Below, one piece after another: positions 24,501 to 36,400 of a stretch of 64,000 nt of DNA. Position 1 is the stretch's first letter. Each line of letters begins with the position of its first letter. The stretch spans positions 29,822,001 to 29,886,000 of the forward strand of contig OZ286461.1 of NCBI GenBank assembly GCA_965644265.1, in the 5' to 3' direction. The position numbers were made by a program, and so were the translations under genes. The notes beneath the pieces are model-generated. The model did no database searches. It saw only the letters and a list, made by a program, of their open reading frames with translations, and was not told where the DNA came from. This DNA comes from Glycera tridactyla (lineage: Eukaryota).

Positions 24501-26266
24501 ATAATTTCACACTAAAATCGACCTTTCTTTGTTAACAAGGGTGATATAGTCATGAGAGGAAAGCGAGAAGTACCCGGGGGAAGTGATCGGCATCTTTCTC
24601 AACGAGGTGCGACTCCCGGCGCCGGAAGCCCTCGGCCTGCGGCCTCGGGACTCCCGGCGCCGGGAGTCGCACCTCGTTGAGAAAGATGCCGATCACTTCC
24701 CCCGGGTACTTCTCGCTATAAAGTGTCATGGGTCATACCTGGTGACACCACTCCAATACTCCTAGCAGTAATTATCATATCACTTGGCTGACCTCAGTCA
24801 ATTCATATGATTTCATTTCCAATGAAATATTTATTCTGCTGAAAAAGAGATCTTATATTCAAAAGAGAGGCTTATATTCAAATAATTGACTCAATCCCGA
24901 CTTTTGGAGGCGAAATCATACCCCCGGCTTATATGCGGAGAAGGCTCATATGTGAGTATATACGGTAGTCTTTTCAGACAGGTTTGGTAGCAAACTGTCT
25001 GTCCTGTTTGGCCAATAGATTAGATTCCATCAATGGTGCCCTGTGATCCAATTTGAGAGCCTAATCATTTTCTATATGATTGTTTTTCAGGTTGGCATTT
25101 GAGGGACGGTTTCTGGCAGTGGGTTTTGCCTCGGGCGATATTCCACAGATTCCTGCTAACCTGCTCCTGGTTAAATCCTGCTCAGCAATTGGACTTTATT
25201 GGGGCAGTTATAGCCAGCGTAAACCATCAGACTTCATAGAATCCATCCGCTCCACATTGCGTCTTTTTGCTGAGCAAAGAATAAATCCACATATATCTGC
25301 AGAATACCCTCTTGACAAGGTAAGTCCTCTGAAAAAATGCTGCCCTAATTATGGGGAAAAACATTTTTGGACATGAGGAATTAAGATTTTCATTTGTGGA
25401 AGATTGTGTTTATTCCTCAGGTAATAGGGCTCTATGTCGCTGCCTGTGGGTAGGCAATGGCTATCAAATTTACCTTCTGGCAACCATATTTTAAAGGTCA
25501 GTAGCCAATGGCCATCAAACTGTAAGGGGTTGTAATTGACAATATATTTATTGGTTACCCCCATTTGTCAATGGCTTCCAAATGTATATCAACTTAGGGG
25601 CCAGCTGGCTCCTAAAAACATTGAGCTCTGAATCTGAAAATTGGTTATTGAAAAACCAGTTCAGCAGTTTCTCAGAAAGTTTACTGTGAAAGCTGTGGCT
25701 AGACCATCCTGAATGTCATCATTGTTTCACAATGAGTACTCACTTTGTGGTTTGAAGCGATGAGCTCTGAGATGGCTGGTCGATTTCTCCAAATGATCCT
25801 TCTCGTGGATCCTTCACAGGGTTTTATTGTATTGAGTAGTTTGTCCCGGTATTTTGTCACTCTCTGCATACATGGGCTATATCAAGATGGCCTGTCTAAA
25901 TATATGGCTCACTTAGCCCTCTCAAGGAAAGAAGATATCTGGGGTTGAGATATCAGTGTAGTGAATTCCGCAAGCACAATTTGCTAAATGTCACCAACAA
26001 CCAGTGTATCAATGGCCTTATTGAAAATATATCCATCCATGCCATAGTGAAAAGTTGCCCTGCTATGAGAAATGGCCTCTTGTCGGAGGGTCTTCAACAC
26101 TGAAATAATTTGGAGTGTGAAATTTATGATGCCATTTCTCGAAAATTGAAATGATGATTATCGTAATGATAATGTCTTTTATATTTTGTAGATCAATGAT
26201 GCCATCGATTTGATCAAGAGTAGACGTTCTACAGGAAAAGTAGTCATCACAGTGAATGATCTATGA
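15488..26266 (+). CDS. CRYZL2: Quinone oxidoreductase-like protein 2 (zeta-crystallin-like, MDR superfamily), 372 aa; join 15488-15555,16972-17119,17803-17899,18527-18654,21093-21202,22958-23039,24231-24412,25091-25319,26192-26266
   Basis: All introns GT-AG, phases consistent, 1119 nt total; motifs TYRAAVC, FAD...GQYQEKPPLPFIPGSEF, SYGTAYMAL, VLVTAAAGATG (NADPH binding), GVDIVFDNVGG, STGKVVI; AATAAA at 26272. Confidence 0.93.
16365..16490. repeat. (GAGT)n microsatellite
   Basis: Direct reading of the sequence. Confidence 0.95.
16769..16928. mobile_element. Tc1/mariner (pogo/Tigger-like) MITE family C
   Basis: CAGTCGAACCTC...GAGGTTTAACTG termini with internal GACCACCTCTCTATAA repeats. Confidence 0.85.
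16972..17119 (+). CDS. QOR-like exon 2
   Basis: TTTTCAG| ... MSTYRAAVCTELNKPLQIQDVP ... CAG|GTAAGT. Confidence 0.92.
17394..17634. mobile_element. MITE family C with an internal duplication
   Basis: CAGTCAAACCTG start; GAGGTCATTTATTGTTGAAAATA...GCTCAGGGTGG present twice. Confidence 0.8.
17803..17899 (+). CDS. QOR-like exon 3
   Basis: MRVAVASVAIQFADLLMLKGQYQEKPPLPFIP, phase 0 to 1; missed by the ORF track. Confidence 0.93.
18527..18654 (+). CDS. QOR-like exon 4
   Basis: GSEFTGKVIEVSPDVKQFKTGDKV...GGFAEE, phase 1 to 0. Confidence 0.95.
18977..19213 (+). mobile_element. Retroposon family A copy (5'-truncated)
   Basis: CAGCTACTTCCACTTGACAACCTTTCAGGTTCCC...ATGCCGTTAAATCTCAAACGAAC. Confidence 0.85.
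19516..19693. mobile_element. MITE family C
   Basis: AGAGAGGTGGTCTTT repeats with degenerate CAGTC/GACTG ends. Confidence 0.75.
19925..21052 (+). mobile_element. Helentron-associated (HINE/DINE-like) non-autonomous element with three internal 315-340 bp tandem units
   Basis: 5' TATACCCCCC subterminal repeat with partner GGGGGGTA at about 21016; (CCGT/CTGT)n near the 5' end; units begin TTCCGGATGA at about 20038, 20378 and 20693; 3' hairpin TTGCC-TCT-GGCAA then CTAGTT. Confidence 0.75.
21093..21202 (+). CDS. QOR-like exon 5
   Basis: ECMPLPEGVDASKAAALLVSYGTAYMALKNRAQIKE, phase 0 to 2. Confidence 0.95.
21240..21470 (+). mobile_element. Dispersed repeat family G (second copy about 44259-44480)
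   Basis: Shared TTATCACATGGATGTG...TTTTCAGTGAAGTATCAGG...GCCTTCGGCCT...TTTTTACTTCACGGC. Confidence 0.75.
21599..21773. mobile_element. MITE family C
   Basis: TA-CAGTCAAACCTC ... GTTTTGACTG. Confidence 0.85.
21886..22323. mobile_element. Non-autonomous hAT6-like element (family E), 6-bp TSD TCTCAT
   Basis: CAGTCTTC...GATGACTG ends; TCTCAT at 21880-85 and 22324-29; repeated CACTCTCCC motifs. Confidence 0.8.
22778..22865 (+). mobile_element. Degenerate tRNA-derived SINE head
   Basis: TAGCTCAGC (22782) and GGTTCAAATCC (22849). Confidence 0.35.
22958..23039 (+). CDS. QOR-like exon 6 (nucleotide-binding loop)
   Basis: ETVLVTAAAGATGLAAIDLATNVFKAK, phase 2 to 0. Confidence 0.95.
23041..23480. mobile_element. 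Non-autonomous TIR DNA transposon family F abutting the exon-6 splice donor
   Basis: TIR TAAA(G/C)TCTGTCAA / TTGACAGAGTTTA; homologous along its length to 61542-61982. Confidence 0.85.
23846..24005. mobile_element. MITE family C
   Basis: TA-CAGTCGAACCTCCTCTAAAGACCACC...GAGGTTTGACTA. Confidence 0.85.
24231..24412 (+). CDS. QOR-like exon 7
   Basis: VIGACGGPEK...GVDIVFDNVGGKLAIDCVK, phase 0 to 2. Confidence 0.95.
24562..24717. mobile_element. 156-bp GC-rich hairpin element with perfect 64-bp arms
   Basis: Arms are exact reverse complements; the 28-nt centre contains CGGCCTGCGGCCTCG. Confidence 0.9.
25091..25319 (+). CDS. QOR-like exon 8
   Basis: LAFEGRFLAVGFASGDIPQIPANLLLVK...EYPLDK, phase 2 to 0. 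Confidence 0.95.
26192..26266 (+). CDS. QOR-like last coding exon
   Basis: INDAIDLIKSRRSTGKVVITVNDL*, followed by AATAAA at 26272-26277. Confidence 0.93.
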   Translation: MNDAIDLIKSRRSTGKVVITVNDL

Positions 26267-28730
26267 CAGAGAATAAAATATAGATAACTATTACTTCATT
26301 ATTTTCTTTTGTTTTCCTTGATGTCTTCGTGAAGTCCAATATGCCTGTTACTATCAGCTGACCACCTAGGTGATACATGATCATGTATCACAACAGAAGC
26401 ATCTGGGGTATTGATATTGGCGACAAAGCTGCTGTTCAGAGCTGAAGAGAGTGTATGATGGGTCCTGAGGACTNNNNNNNNNNNNNNNNNNNNNNNNNNN
26501 NNNNNNNNNNNNNNNNNNNNNNNNNNNNNNNNNNNNNNNNNNNNNNNNNNNNNNNNNNNNNNNNNNNNNNNNNNNNNNNNNNNNNNNNNNNNNNNNNNNN
26601 NNNNNNNNNNNNNNNNNNNNNNNNNNNNNNNNNNNNNNNNNNNNNNNNNNNNNNNNNNNNNNNNNNNNNNNNNNATACATTGATGTGCTGATTGAACAAT
26701 GGCTGGAAGAATGGATTGGATGATGATGGATGATTGGTCAAATTGGATGGAGAACAGACAGACAGGTGTGATGGATGGGTGGGTGGGTAGGTGATTGGAT
26801 GCCTGAACCAATGGACAGATGGATGATTGGATGGATGGACTAATGAATGAGTGGATGAATGGGTCCAAAAAGCACACTGGAGACTCTTGGGACCTTTTGC
26901 GCAGCTTGCTGCTGTTTTGTTCTTGAATACTTCAAAACCAGTGAAATATCACACAAAGAATAGATAACTTTAAAACATGTCAACGATTTTCCATGAAAAA
27001 GCCCATGAAAAAGCCTGTGGAGTGGGCCGACAGCCCTTGAAAATGGGCATTTCAGCCCTTAAAAAGCCCTTAAATTTCATTTGTCCCAACGTGTGGGAAC
27101 CCTGGGAAAGACATAAAAAAGATATGAAGTATCACTTGACACCTTATGTTCAGGAGGTAGGCTGTCGTACTTCTCATTTTAGACTAAATGCTGACACTAT
27201 CGTGTAACATTTTATCCCAATCCTAACCCCATCAGTATAACTTCCTATCTCTCTGTTCTTCTGTGACACAAGTTATAGTGATGTGTTCTCATCTCAGTGG
27301 TGTCAATATAGCCTATTTCACCACCATAATCAGCTTGGATTAGCATCTTTTACCACTGAGCTAGAGTGTCAGCTACCAGTCAGTTGCATCAATATACCAT
27401 CGGCAGGTAGGTTTACTCAGATTTAGGTCAAGTGCGAAGGGATGTATCTGAACTGCCAGGTATTTCCACTCAATGACCTCTCTGGTCTCCCATGGTGGGA
27501 CACAGGGGTTACCTTTCCGTCGGTTACCTTTCTGGGTCCCCAACAGAAGGTCAAAATTCATGTAATTCACAGACACCCGAGGTGGCATTTCTGTTATTAA
27601 AAATGGTGACCATGGTGTTACTCTGTGAACATGGGTTGGATTCACACAGCTACGACTAGGTGAGTTATTTTTGGCCACTGTGTCACGCACTGAACATGGG
27701 ATCATTTCACTGGCTTCCACTTGGCCAGTCCATATTCTGTTGTTGCCATCAAACTCATCATCAACATCAATTAAGATCCCAATTAAGATTCCATTTAGTT
27801 TTTGTCCTGGCTGCTGTAGCTCTCACAGGCGAAACTTATCGCTCCATGGAGCAGCTTGTGTTTTATTAGAGTAATGCCTACAGGGGGCAGAGCATCCAGC
27901 TTTCATCGATCAAGTCTACATGGCATAAATACTCCATTGCGCTGACATTGAAACCCAATCATCCAAGTTTCTGCAGACTATGATAATCCTTGCATAGAGA
28001 GTTACATTTGGAACCTGATGGTGATGCACCAATCACGGCAGTCACATGATAACAAAAATGGCACCCGAGTCTCCCAAGAATTTTTTAAATTTTCACCTTC
28101 ATGGGGACCCAGAAAAAGTGTTGAATCATCCCACCCATGTCCCTTGCATGGACATCTCAGTATAGCCCAGATGGTGCTTACGAGATTTGAAGAAACAACT
28201 TTTTTCCAGGTTTCCAGGCCGGCTTCTAACCAACCGCCTACTATACATCAGTGAAGAATGGCTTGCTTCCCTCAGGCGTAGATCTCACTTTCCAGTATAA
28301 TACACCTTTTCTATTGACTAAATCCATATTCTCTCACCTCATACCATTTGAGTGTATTAAATGATTGATATGCATATTCCTCACATGATATCACCCTGAT
28401 GGATTATGGACATGACTACTGTTCCTATTTAGTATATGATGACTATAGCAACTGGACGCTCAAAGGTACAAAGCTGCAAGGTGGATAATCTTTTGGGCCC
28501 ACGACTTGATAATGCATGAAGTGGATTGATCAATCAACATCATACTAAATATCACAATGCACCCATCCAGACAATGATCATGCCATCAGCAGATCAATAT
28601 AATGTATAATGTATGCACTAAGGCCCGATATTGATGTCCCATCGACATTGCATTCAATTTAGGTATCGGATGAATGGATACAAAGTGGAAACAGAGCACT
28701 TGCCCCATCATAGCTGACGGTTTGGGTGTC

Positions 28731-28991
28731 CAGGGGCCCATTTGACTAACACGAAAATTCCCCCTAATTGTGTGGTTCAGGAGACTTTGTCCACCTAATT
28801 CCCTGTTAGAGGATTGCCAGTGACTTGTGTTTTACTAAAATTATTCCCCCTAAATAGTCCCCCATAACCAGCTAAATGGCGATTCAGGGGGACTGGAATT
28901 AAGGGGAGGTGGGACCACCTCCTAAATATTTGGGGGACTTTCAACACCCCCTAATTTAGGAGGACCACCTATTCAGTAAAACGTGCCCCTG
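28731..28991. mobile_element. MITE with CAGGGGC termini
   Basis: CAGGGGCCCATTTGACTAA / TCAGTAAAACGTGCCCCTG imperfect TIRs; no TSD recognised. Confidence 0.6.
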
Positions 28992-29075
28992 AAGACTGTT
29001 GTTATTGTGTCCGAACTAGTCAAATAAAGCGTCATGAAGTAATTAGGAAGAGATTTTCTGCATGTCCACTTATCT

Positions 29076-30796
29076 GACACTGGCCTGCCCCAACTCATCA
29101 ATAAAAGAATGACTTCAATGGGATGGAATGTCTGACACTGGCCTGCTCCAGTTCATCAATAAAAGAATGACTTCGATGGGATGGGATGTCTAACACTGGC
29201 CTGCTGCAACCCATCAATAAAAGAATGACTTCAATGGGATGGAATGTCAGACACTGGCCTGCTCCAATTCATCAATAAAAGAATCACTTCAATGGGATGG
29301 AATGTCAGACACTGGCCTGCTCCAATTCATCAATAAAAGAATGACTTCAATGGGATGGAATGTCTGACACTGGCCTGCTGCAACCCATCAATAAAAGAAT
29401 GACTTCAATGGGATGGAATGTCAGACACTGGCCTGCTCCAACCCATCAATAAAAGAATGACTTCAATAGGATGGAATGTCAGACACTGGCCTGCTCCAAT
29501 TCATCAATAAAAGAATGACTTCAATGGGATGGGATGGTAGACACTGGCCTGCTCCAATTCATCAATAAAAGAATGACTTCAATGGGATGGGATGGTAGAC
29601 ACTGGCCTGCTCCAACTCATCAATAAAAGAATGACTTCAATGGGATGGGATGTCAGACACTGGCCTGCCCCAACCCATCACTAAAAGAATGACTTCAATG
29701 GGATGGAATGTCTGACACTGGCCTGCTCCAATTCATCAATAAAAGAATGACTTCAATGGGATGGGATGTCTGACACTGGCCTGCTCCAACTCATCAATAA
29801 AAGAATGACTTCAATGGGATGGGATGTCAGACACTGGCCTGCCCCAACCCATCACTAAAAGAATGACTTCAATGGGATGGAATGTCAGACACTGGCCTGC
29901 TCCAATTCATCAATAAAAGAATGACTTCAATGGGATGGGATGGTAGACACTGGCCTGCTCCAATTCATCAATAAAAGAATGACTTCAATGGGATGGGATG
30001 GTAGACACTGGCCTGCTCCAACTCATCAATAAAAGAATGACTTCAATGGGATGGGATGTCAGACACTGGCCTGCCCCAACCCATCACTAAAAGAATGACT
30101 TCAATGGGATGGAATGTCTGACACTGGCCTGCTCCAATTCATCAATAAAAGAATGACTTCAATGGGATGGGATGTCTGAAACTGGCCTGCTCCAACTCAT
30201 CAATAAAAGAATGACTTCAATGGGATGGGATGTCAGACACTGGCCTGCCCCAACCCATCACTAAAAGAATGACTTCAATGGGATGGAATGTCAGACACTG
30301 GCCTGCTCCAATTCATCAATAATAGAATGACTTCAATGGGATGGGATGTAAGACACTGGCCTGCTCCAATTCATCAATAAAAGAATGACTTCAATGGGAT
30401 GGGATGGTAGACACTGGCCTGCTCCAATTCATCGATAAAAGAATGACTTCAATGGGATGGAATGTCTGACACTGGCCTGCTCCAATTCATCAATGAAAGA
30501 ATGACTTCAATGGGATAGAATGTCAGACACTGGCCTGCCCCAACCCATCAATAAAAGAATGACTTCAATGGGATGGGATGTCAGACACTGGCCTGCCCCA
30601 ACCCATCACTAAAAGAATGACTTCAATGGGATGGAATGTCAGACACTGGCCTGCTCCAATTCATCAATAAAAGAATGACTTCAATGGGATGGATGTCAGA
30701 CACTGGCCTGCTCCAATTCATCAATAAAAGAATGACTTCAATGGGATGGGATATCAGACACTGGCCTGCCCCAACTCATCAATAATAGAATGACTT
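29076..30796. repeat. 58-bp tandem satellite, about 30 copies
   Basis: Unit GACACTGGCCTGCTCCAATTCATCAATAAAAGAATGACTTCAATGGGATGGAATGTCA; starts at 29076, 29134, 29192 and onward; no spacers. Confidence 0.97.
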
Positions 30797-32151
30797 GTCA
30801 ATACTTAGATAAGCATCCCACTACCCCCTCATACAGTAGATTCCAATTCAAAACAAGGCGATCGTGCACAATTTTTTAAATTTCAGATAGCATTTGAATT
30901 TCACGTGAATTTCATTTGTGATGGATACATTCGATAGACGTGTTCGCGATATAAGATGATATCGCACTTGTCAGAGGGATGACAGCACACCCTTTGCCTA
31001 AGATGACACTTCCAACTTAAAAGTGTACGTGGATTTTACAAATTCTTATCCTCCGTCGGTAACCTAAAAAGGGAGGAGTCTAATGATCCCACCAACATTA
31101 CCAATATCAGAATTGATACCCTGAGGGTCTGTGAATTTCATAAAGTTTTACCTTTAGGGATCCAGAAGGAGGAGTTTGAGTGACCCTACCCATTCCCGCC
31201 GCAATATGACCCTACCCTCGCCTGATGACAACGGACATACGGTTGACTCGTTATTGGCAGTTCCGGCTCAATTGCAATCATATCAAGGAGCGCCCCCCCC
31301 CATCAAGGATTGTGCGGCAAAAACTATGTTCTAATGACTGATAGACAAAAACTGATTAGATGGCCATCCACTTGCATTCTCTCCGGTTGCGTGACCATAT
31401 ATTGTCCATTTTGTGAACCTGCAGAATGTTCTCGAATGAATTAGTATATAACGTGAATTCATAGAGAGTCCTCAGAGCTTTCGCTCCCACCCTTTCTGGA
31501 ATGAACATGAACCGGTTAAATACATGCGCTAAAATCCGCTCATATTCTAGAGTGACTAATATCAGATTGAACAATTCCATAGATCTATGCAATATATAAT
31601 CATTATTGAATGGAGAGTTTGCAATACAGTGTACAGCTTAAATTTCGCCCAAGTTACAATCGAATTTGCCCATGCAGACAGATTATACCATCATTCCTGA
31701 AAACAGGATACGTAGTACATCATAGATCTCGGTCAGATTCAATTCAATCCAATTCAATGAACTCCATATGGACAAGTGAGAAAATATCAACGGATAAGCG
31801 GCTAGCCATAAAGGCTTTCTCCAGCACATACAAGTAAAGAATTGGCACAGGATAAACAGTCAAACATGAGTGAATATTTGTGAATGTAAGTACGCGCATA
31901 CAATCACGAAGAGATAATACTTTCATTCACGCACACACTTATAACCCCAAAAATAAACAGGTACACACTACACTCACCCAAATTCATGCATCACTCATAT
32001 CCTAAAAATATAGATCAGACACACACGCACAACCATACACATTCATACCAGCATTGCACAAAAGCATAGTGTTACACTGAAAAAAGGTGCCATATGGAAG
32101 TGAAGGGTCAGGAGAAGTACCCATCTAATGAAGTTGTTCGATTGATTTTTT

Positions 32152-32690
32152 CACGGTTTATGACATGTATCAATCCAGAGGATTATGTATATCATATGTT
32201 CCTGGTCAATGAAAGCTAAATGTTCTCTCCCTTCCAGACATGACTCTTAATATGGCATATCTTTGTAAGTGACTGGAAGCTTACACTCAAGCCTGATATC
32301 AATGCTTCATCCTGAGAGATGCACAGTACTTGAAACTAGGGAAAGCATCAGGGTTGGAGAACACTCAACCAACGTCTTCAATTACGACTGTCAACTTCAA
32401 ACTAGCTTCACAATAACAGGTGCCCTACGCTCACAGTACAATGCCACCATACACCCTAGTATATCTAGTCACAGCCCTAGTAACCCAGAAGTGGTGTGCC
32501 AGTGACAATATTTGCTACAGACAAACTGTCAGCCACCTGAGCCTGAGACCATTCGACTGAAGAAATGAGAAGCTTCAAAGGATAGGAAAGAGTTGAGGAA
32601 AATATTTCGTTCATCTCCCCACGCCAAAACCTATTGCGGAAACAAGAAGGGAGGATGCCACATCATCCCTGATGGCAAAATTTCAATGTA
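32152..32690 (-). mobile_element. Retroposon family A copy with an internal deletion
   Basis: Colinear with 62183-62960, including CCACATCATCCC(T/C)GATGGCAA. Confidence 0.75.
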
Positions 32691-33229
32691 AATGATCCAT
32701 TCCGCACTAATGAAAGCACCCCGGGCCAGGATGCTGTGAAGGCTTGAATAATTCATACCGAAAATAGTTCGTAGTACACAATATGATAAAGCATTGAAAG
32801 TCTATCATACAAGAGAATGTTCTGAATTATGTTCTTACTGTCAAGTAAATGTGCTCATTTTCCATGAATTTCGTCTTCGCAGCACGATTTTGATCACCCC
32901 CAGAGAGATTGTCTTTGTCAAATTTCGTATCAGAGGGTCCCATACGCTAGGTCAATAATTGAATGTCTTGTGAACAGCAAAGAATAGTTAGCGAGACACT
33001 CGGGTAATGACCCTTGGTGTGATTATTCAAGACTCCTTGATGCCCAATGAAAGGTGAATGATATGAATAATGTTATATCATGGTAAGGGGCTGTCTGTGT
33101 GACTCGAAATGCATGCTCTATTACTCTACAAGACTGCATTCACATGAATGCATCACATTCCACGGTATACAACATCGGGAAAATATTTCTCAGATTACAT
33201 ATGAGGATTTTGATTATGAGTGCAACTCA

Positions 33230-33459
33230 TCAATATTCAAGATGACAAGTTGTCTTGTCAGTAGAGATGGAATATGCCAGACATGGTTGTCCTTGTTCAT
33301 ACATCAAGCAGTTCAGGGCACAAGAAATATGCACAGGGTACACAGCTGGCAGTGACAAAATATCGGGCATCGCCGCTGGTGAATAGAGATCTCTGTATTT
33401 GAATGTGTATGTATCGATTTCATTCCCAGTCTTTGTGACTCGCTTCTCCACAGAGGGAA
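33230..33459 (-). CDS. DM9-PAN last exon (linker plus PAN/apple-like domain)
   Basis: Strong acceptor TTATTTTTCAG, phase 1; [33 protein letters not shown]. Confidence 0.72.
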
Positions 33460-36400
33460 CTGAAAAATAAGAAAAGATGATGAGTTATTATGGAATAATT
33501 ATTTCCAGTGCTGGTGCTCGATATTGATATAAATTCATAAATTGAAATCATGGATGTGTGGGCCACAGTGACTCATTTAGTATGAACCCACATCAGCAAG
33601 AGGGCTAGGGGCCTGTAGGGAGCCAGGGGACCTATACCACGAGTTGTTCAGCACAGGTACAGGGACCCAGTCCACCTAGGATGCAGGTGCACTCAAAATG
33701 GTGCAGGTTCAGTCAATTGCCATGCTGGTAATTGATAGGACTTCCATTCTGAGCGTGATCACTTGTTAGTGAAATGGGCCCCTGGACTCTCTGAGAGAAC
33801 TCGCTCACTAAATCAGACAGAATGTACTCGCTAGGTTATCTGTACACACTGAGCCCATTTGACTGATGTTTCATGAGTAGGCCCCGCCCACCATGCCCAA
33901 CAGTGATTTTCATGCTACCAGAAACTGAAATTTGATGAGTGAATGTTATATAATGATTGCATGGACACTATTGCTTATCTCACATAATCTTAAATAGTGG
34001 CTATGTAGCAGCAGTGACAGCATAATTCCACATCAAAAGGACATGGGTGTGTGTCTACTGCTTTGTGGATATCCACTGGGATCACAATGAATCATTAGCC
34101 CTATTCGACTGGTCGGTTTCGTTGAGTACGACCAGGTCGTTGAGTACATTTTCTATTCGGGTGGTCGCTTAACACTTTTTCGTTGCATACAATCTCAACG
34201 GTTGTTTGACTGCGTTGAACTTGTTGAACGAAACCTATTCGGGTGGCCTACGACCATTGAGTACATTTCTGTCAACGCACATTCAACGAAATCGACCAGT
34301 CGAATAGGCCTAATCATCACAGGAATAGGGGCTCAGCACACTATATGACTATTTCATATGAACAATACTTGGCAGTGGATTTGGTTAACGTTTTCTCTGT
34401 TAGCCAAACTGAATAGCGTGCTATTAGTGAGAATACCTGCTGGTCTCACTGAGCCAACTTAGATCCCACATAGTAACTCAGGTGGAACGAACTCCCCGAA
34501 ACCCCCTGTACATTATGAACTATATCGATCTGGCAAGCTGATAGGTACATTGGACCGACACACAGCTCCTGATAATAACGGAAAACCAGGGACACACATT
34601 TTTTGACATATTCATACCTGTAGTGGCCCAAATTGACCGTCAAGGCACATCCTAACGTCTAAACGTCGGTGATTGCCTCACAACATTGATTGTCCTGAAA
34701 TTATTAGTTGATTCTAGCCCTTCCCATTCCCTAGACATAGTTCAGCAATCACCCCATGACATTCACATGACACTAACGCTAACATGCCTAAGTTGATCTC
34801 TCCTGGGTGATAGCAACTGAATGGGCTAAGGCTACTGCAGCCATCATTGAAGACTGAAGCTGAAACAGCCAAATCACACTTTTATAGATCTATGATAGGA
34901 ATGTTGACAGATTAATGTCACAAGATGCCGCCGGGTTAGGAGATGGAGAGCCTAGGTTCAACCAACAATCTCATCATGTATAGGTCCGGACTACTTTCGA
35001 ACGAAATGTAAGAACTGCTAGGCAGTATGTGATATGGAGTGAGCTGTGATATTGTAAATATGCCAGGACTATAGAAGATTTATATGTGAATCCATCTGGC
35101 ATTATTGTGACTTCGTCTGGGGTCTTTGTTTATCATTTGATCAATCATAGCATAAAACATTTGATGGAATCAATGTGAAAATTGTACCAAAAAGAGCATT
35201 TCGAAGGAATCAAACGCCAAGAATGGCACAGCATTTTTTTCTGGTTGAAATAGGTCATCACTAGAGTCATAATATTCATAGGTTGGCAAATACATGGACA
35301 TAGGTTAAAGTTCTTAGTCACACTTGATGTAAAGCTGTATTTCATAAATTCAACTTTCCGTAGGGGATCTAGAAGGAGGCGTCTCGAATATTCTCAGCAA
35401 TGCTCACTGCATGGGCAGATGACATAAAACAGACAGCGGACCGATCACCCAACTACTCAACTACAAAGTGAACTACACCTGTTGGCACTAAGAGAAGATC
35501 CATCGCCGTTGATGATTTTGCATTTCCGATTTGATACCAGCACCTTCCAGTTTGTGGAATATAACCTCCGGCATATGGCGTCCGACACACATATGCTGGA
35601 TTTCCCTGACTGTCATAGCCTCCTTCAATAACTCCTGGTGGAAGAGGGAAGCCGGCAGTCGAATCATATTCACTCCAATAATAGTCTTCATCGGTGATCT
35701 CCAGCAACTGCAAATATTATGTAATTGATGATAGGTTTGTAAGTATTATGTCAGATACCAGAATAAGTAGAGTCAAGCTTCTTTTTTCAGTAAGTTTCAT
35801 GAACATGAGGGGACACCATTAAAAAAATTCATGACCAGATTTGATTAGATATGGGAGCGTCTGCTAGGTGCCAGCGACTGCACAACGGAACCGAAACCTT
35901 GAATTTCGGAGGAAACCTACATTTATTGGAGCAATAAGTGGATGAAAGTAGTGGAAAATTGCGAATAGAGTAAGGAGAAGAGGTGTAGAAAAACATTTGT
36001 GTCGAGGGGTTCACAATGGAAAGACGTGGCGAATAGTGGAGATGGGTTGGCAAAGAGGGCAGCAGTGATGAAAATAAAGGAGATTATTTTGTTTGTTTGA
36101 GGTTTAACGGCATGTATAAACCCTAGGGTTATGTACGCCATATATATGTAGTGGCGATGCATAAAGTCGGGGACGTCCTCTCGGATGTGTGACCGAAGAA
36201 AATTTGAACAAACTTGTTCAAAGTCCACCTTATATAGTTCTGGGTAGCGCATCGTCGTTACTGGGTGATCATGCATTGTTGCCTGCCAATTGGTTCTATG
36301 GTGCTTAGCAACCAGACTCCTCTCACCTGCTCCTTCAAAATATGGAAGGGGTTCTTGGATCTGTCTGGAGAAGGAACGCTTTCAAAAAGTTTTGTCACCA

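Noticed and set aside
24583-24765. 60-aa ORF in QOR intron 7
   Set aside because: By-product of the GC-rich palindrome.
29076-30796. CRISPR array
   Set aside because: Head-to-tail 58-bp units with no unique spacers, no cas genes, and a eukaryotic intron-exon context.
31356-31837. Short ORFs downstream of the satellite
   Set aside because: No splice support or recognisable domain; within chance expectation.
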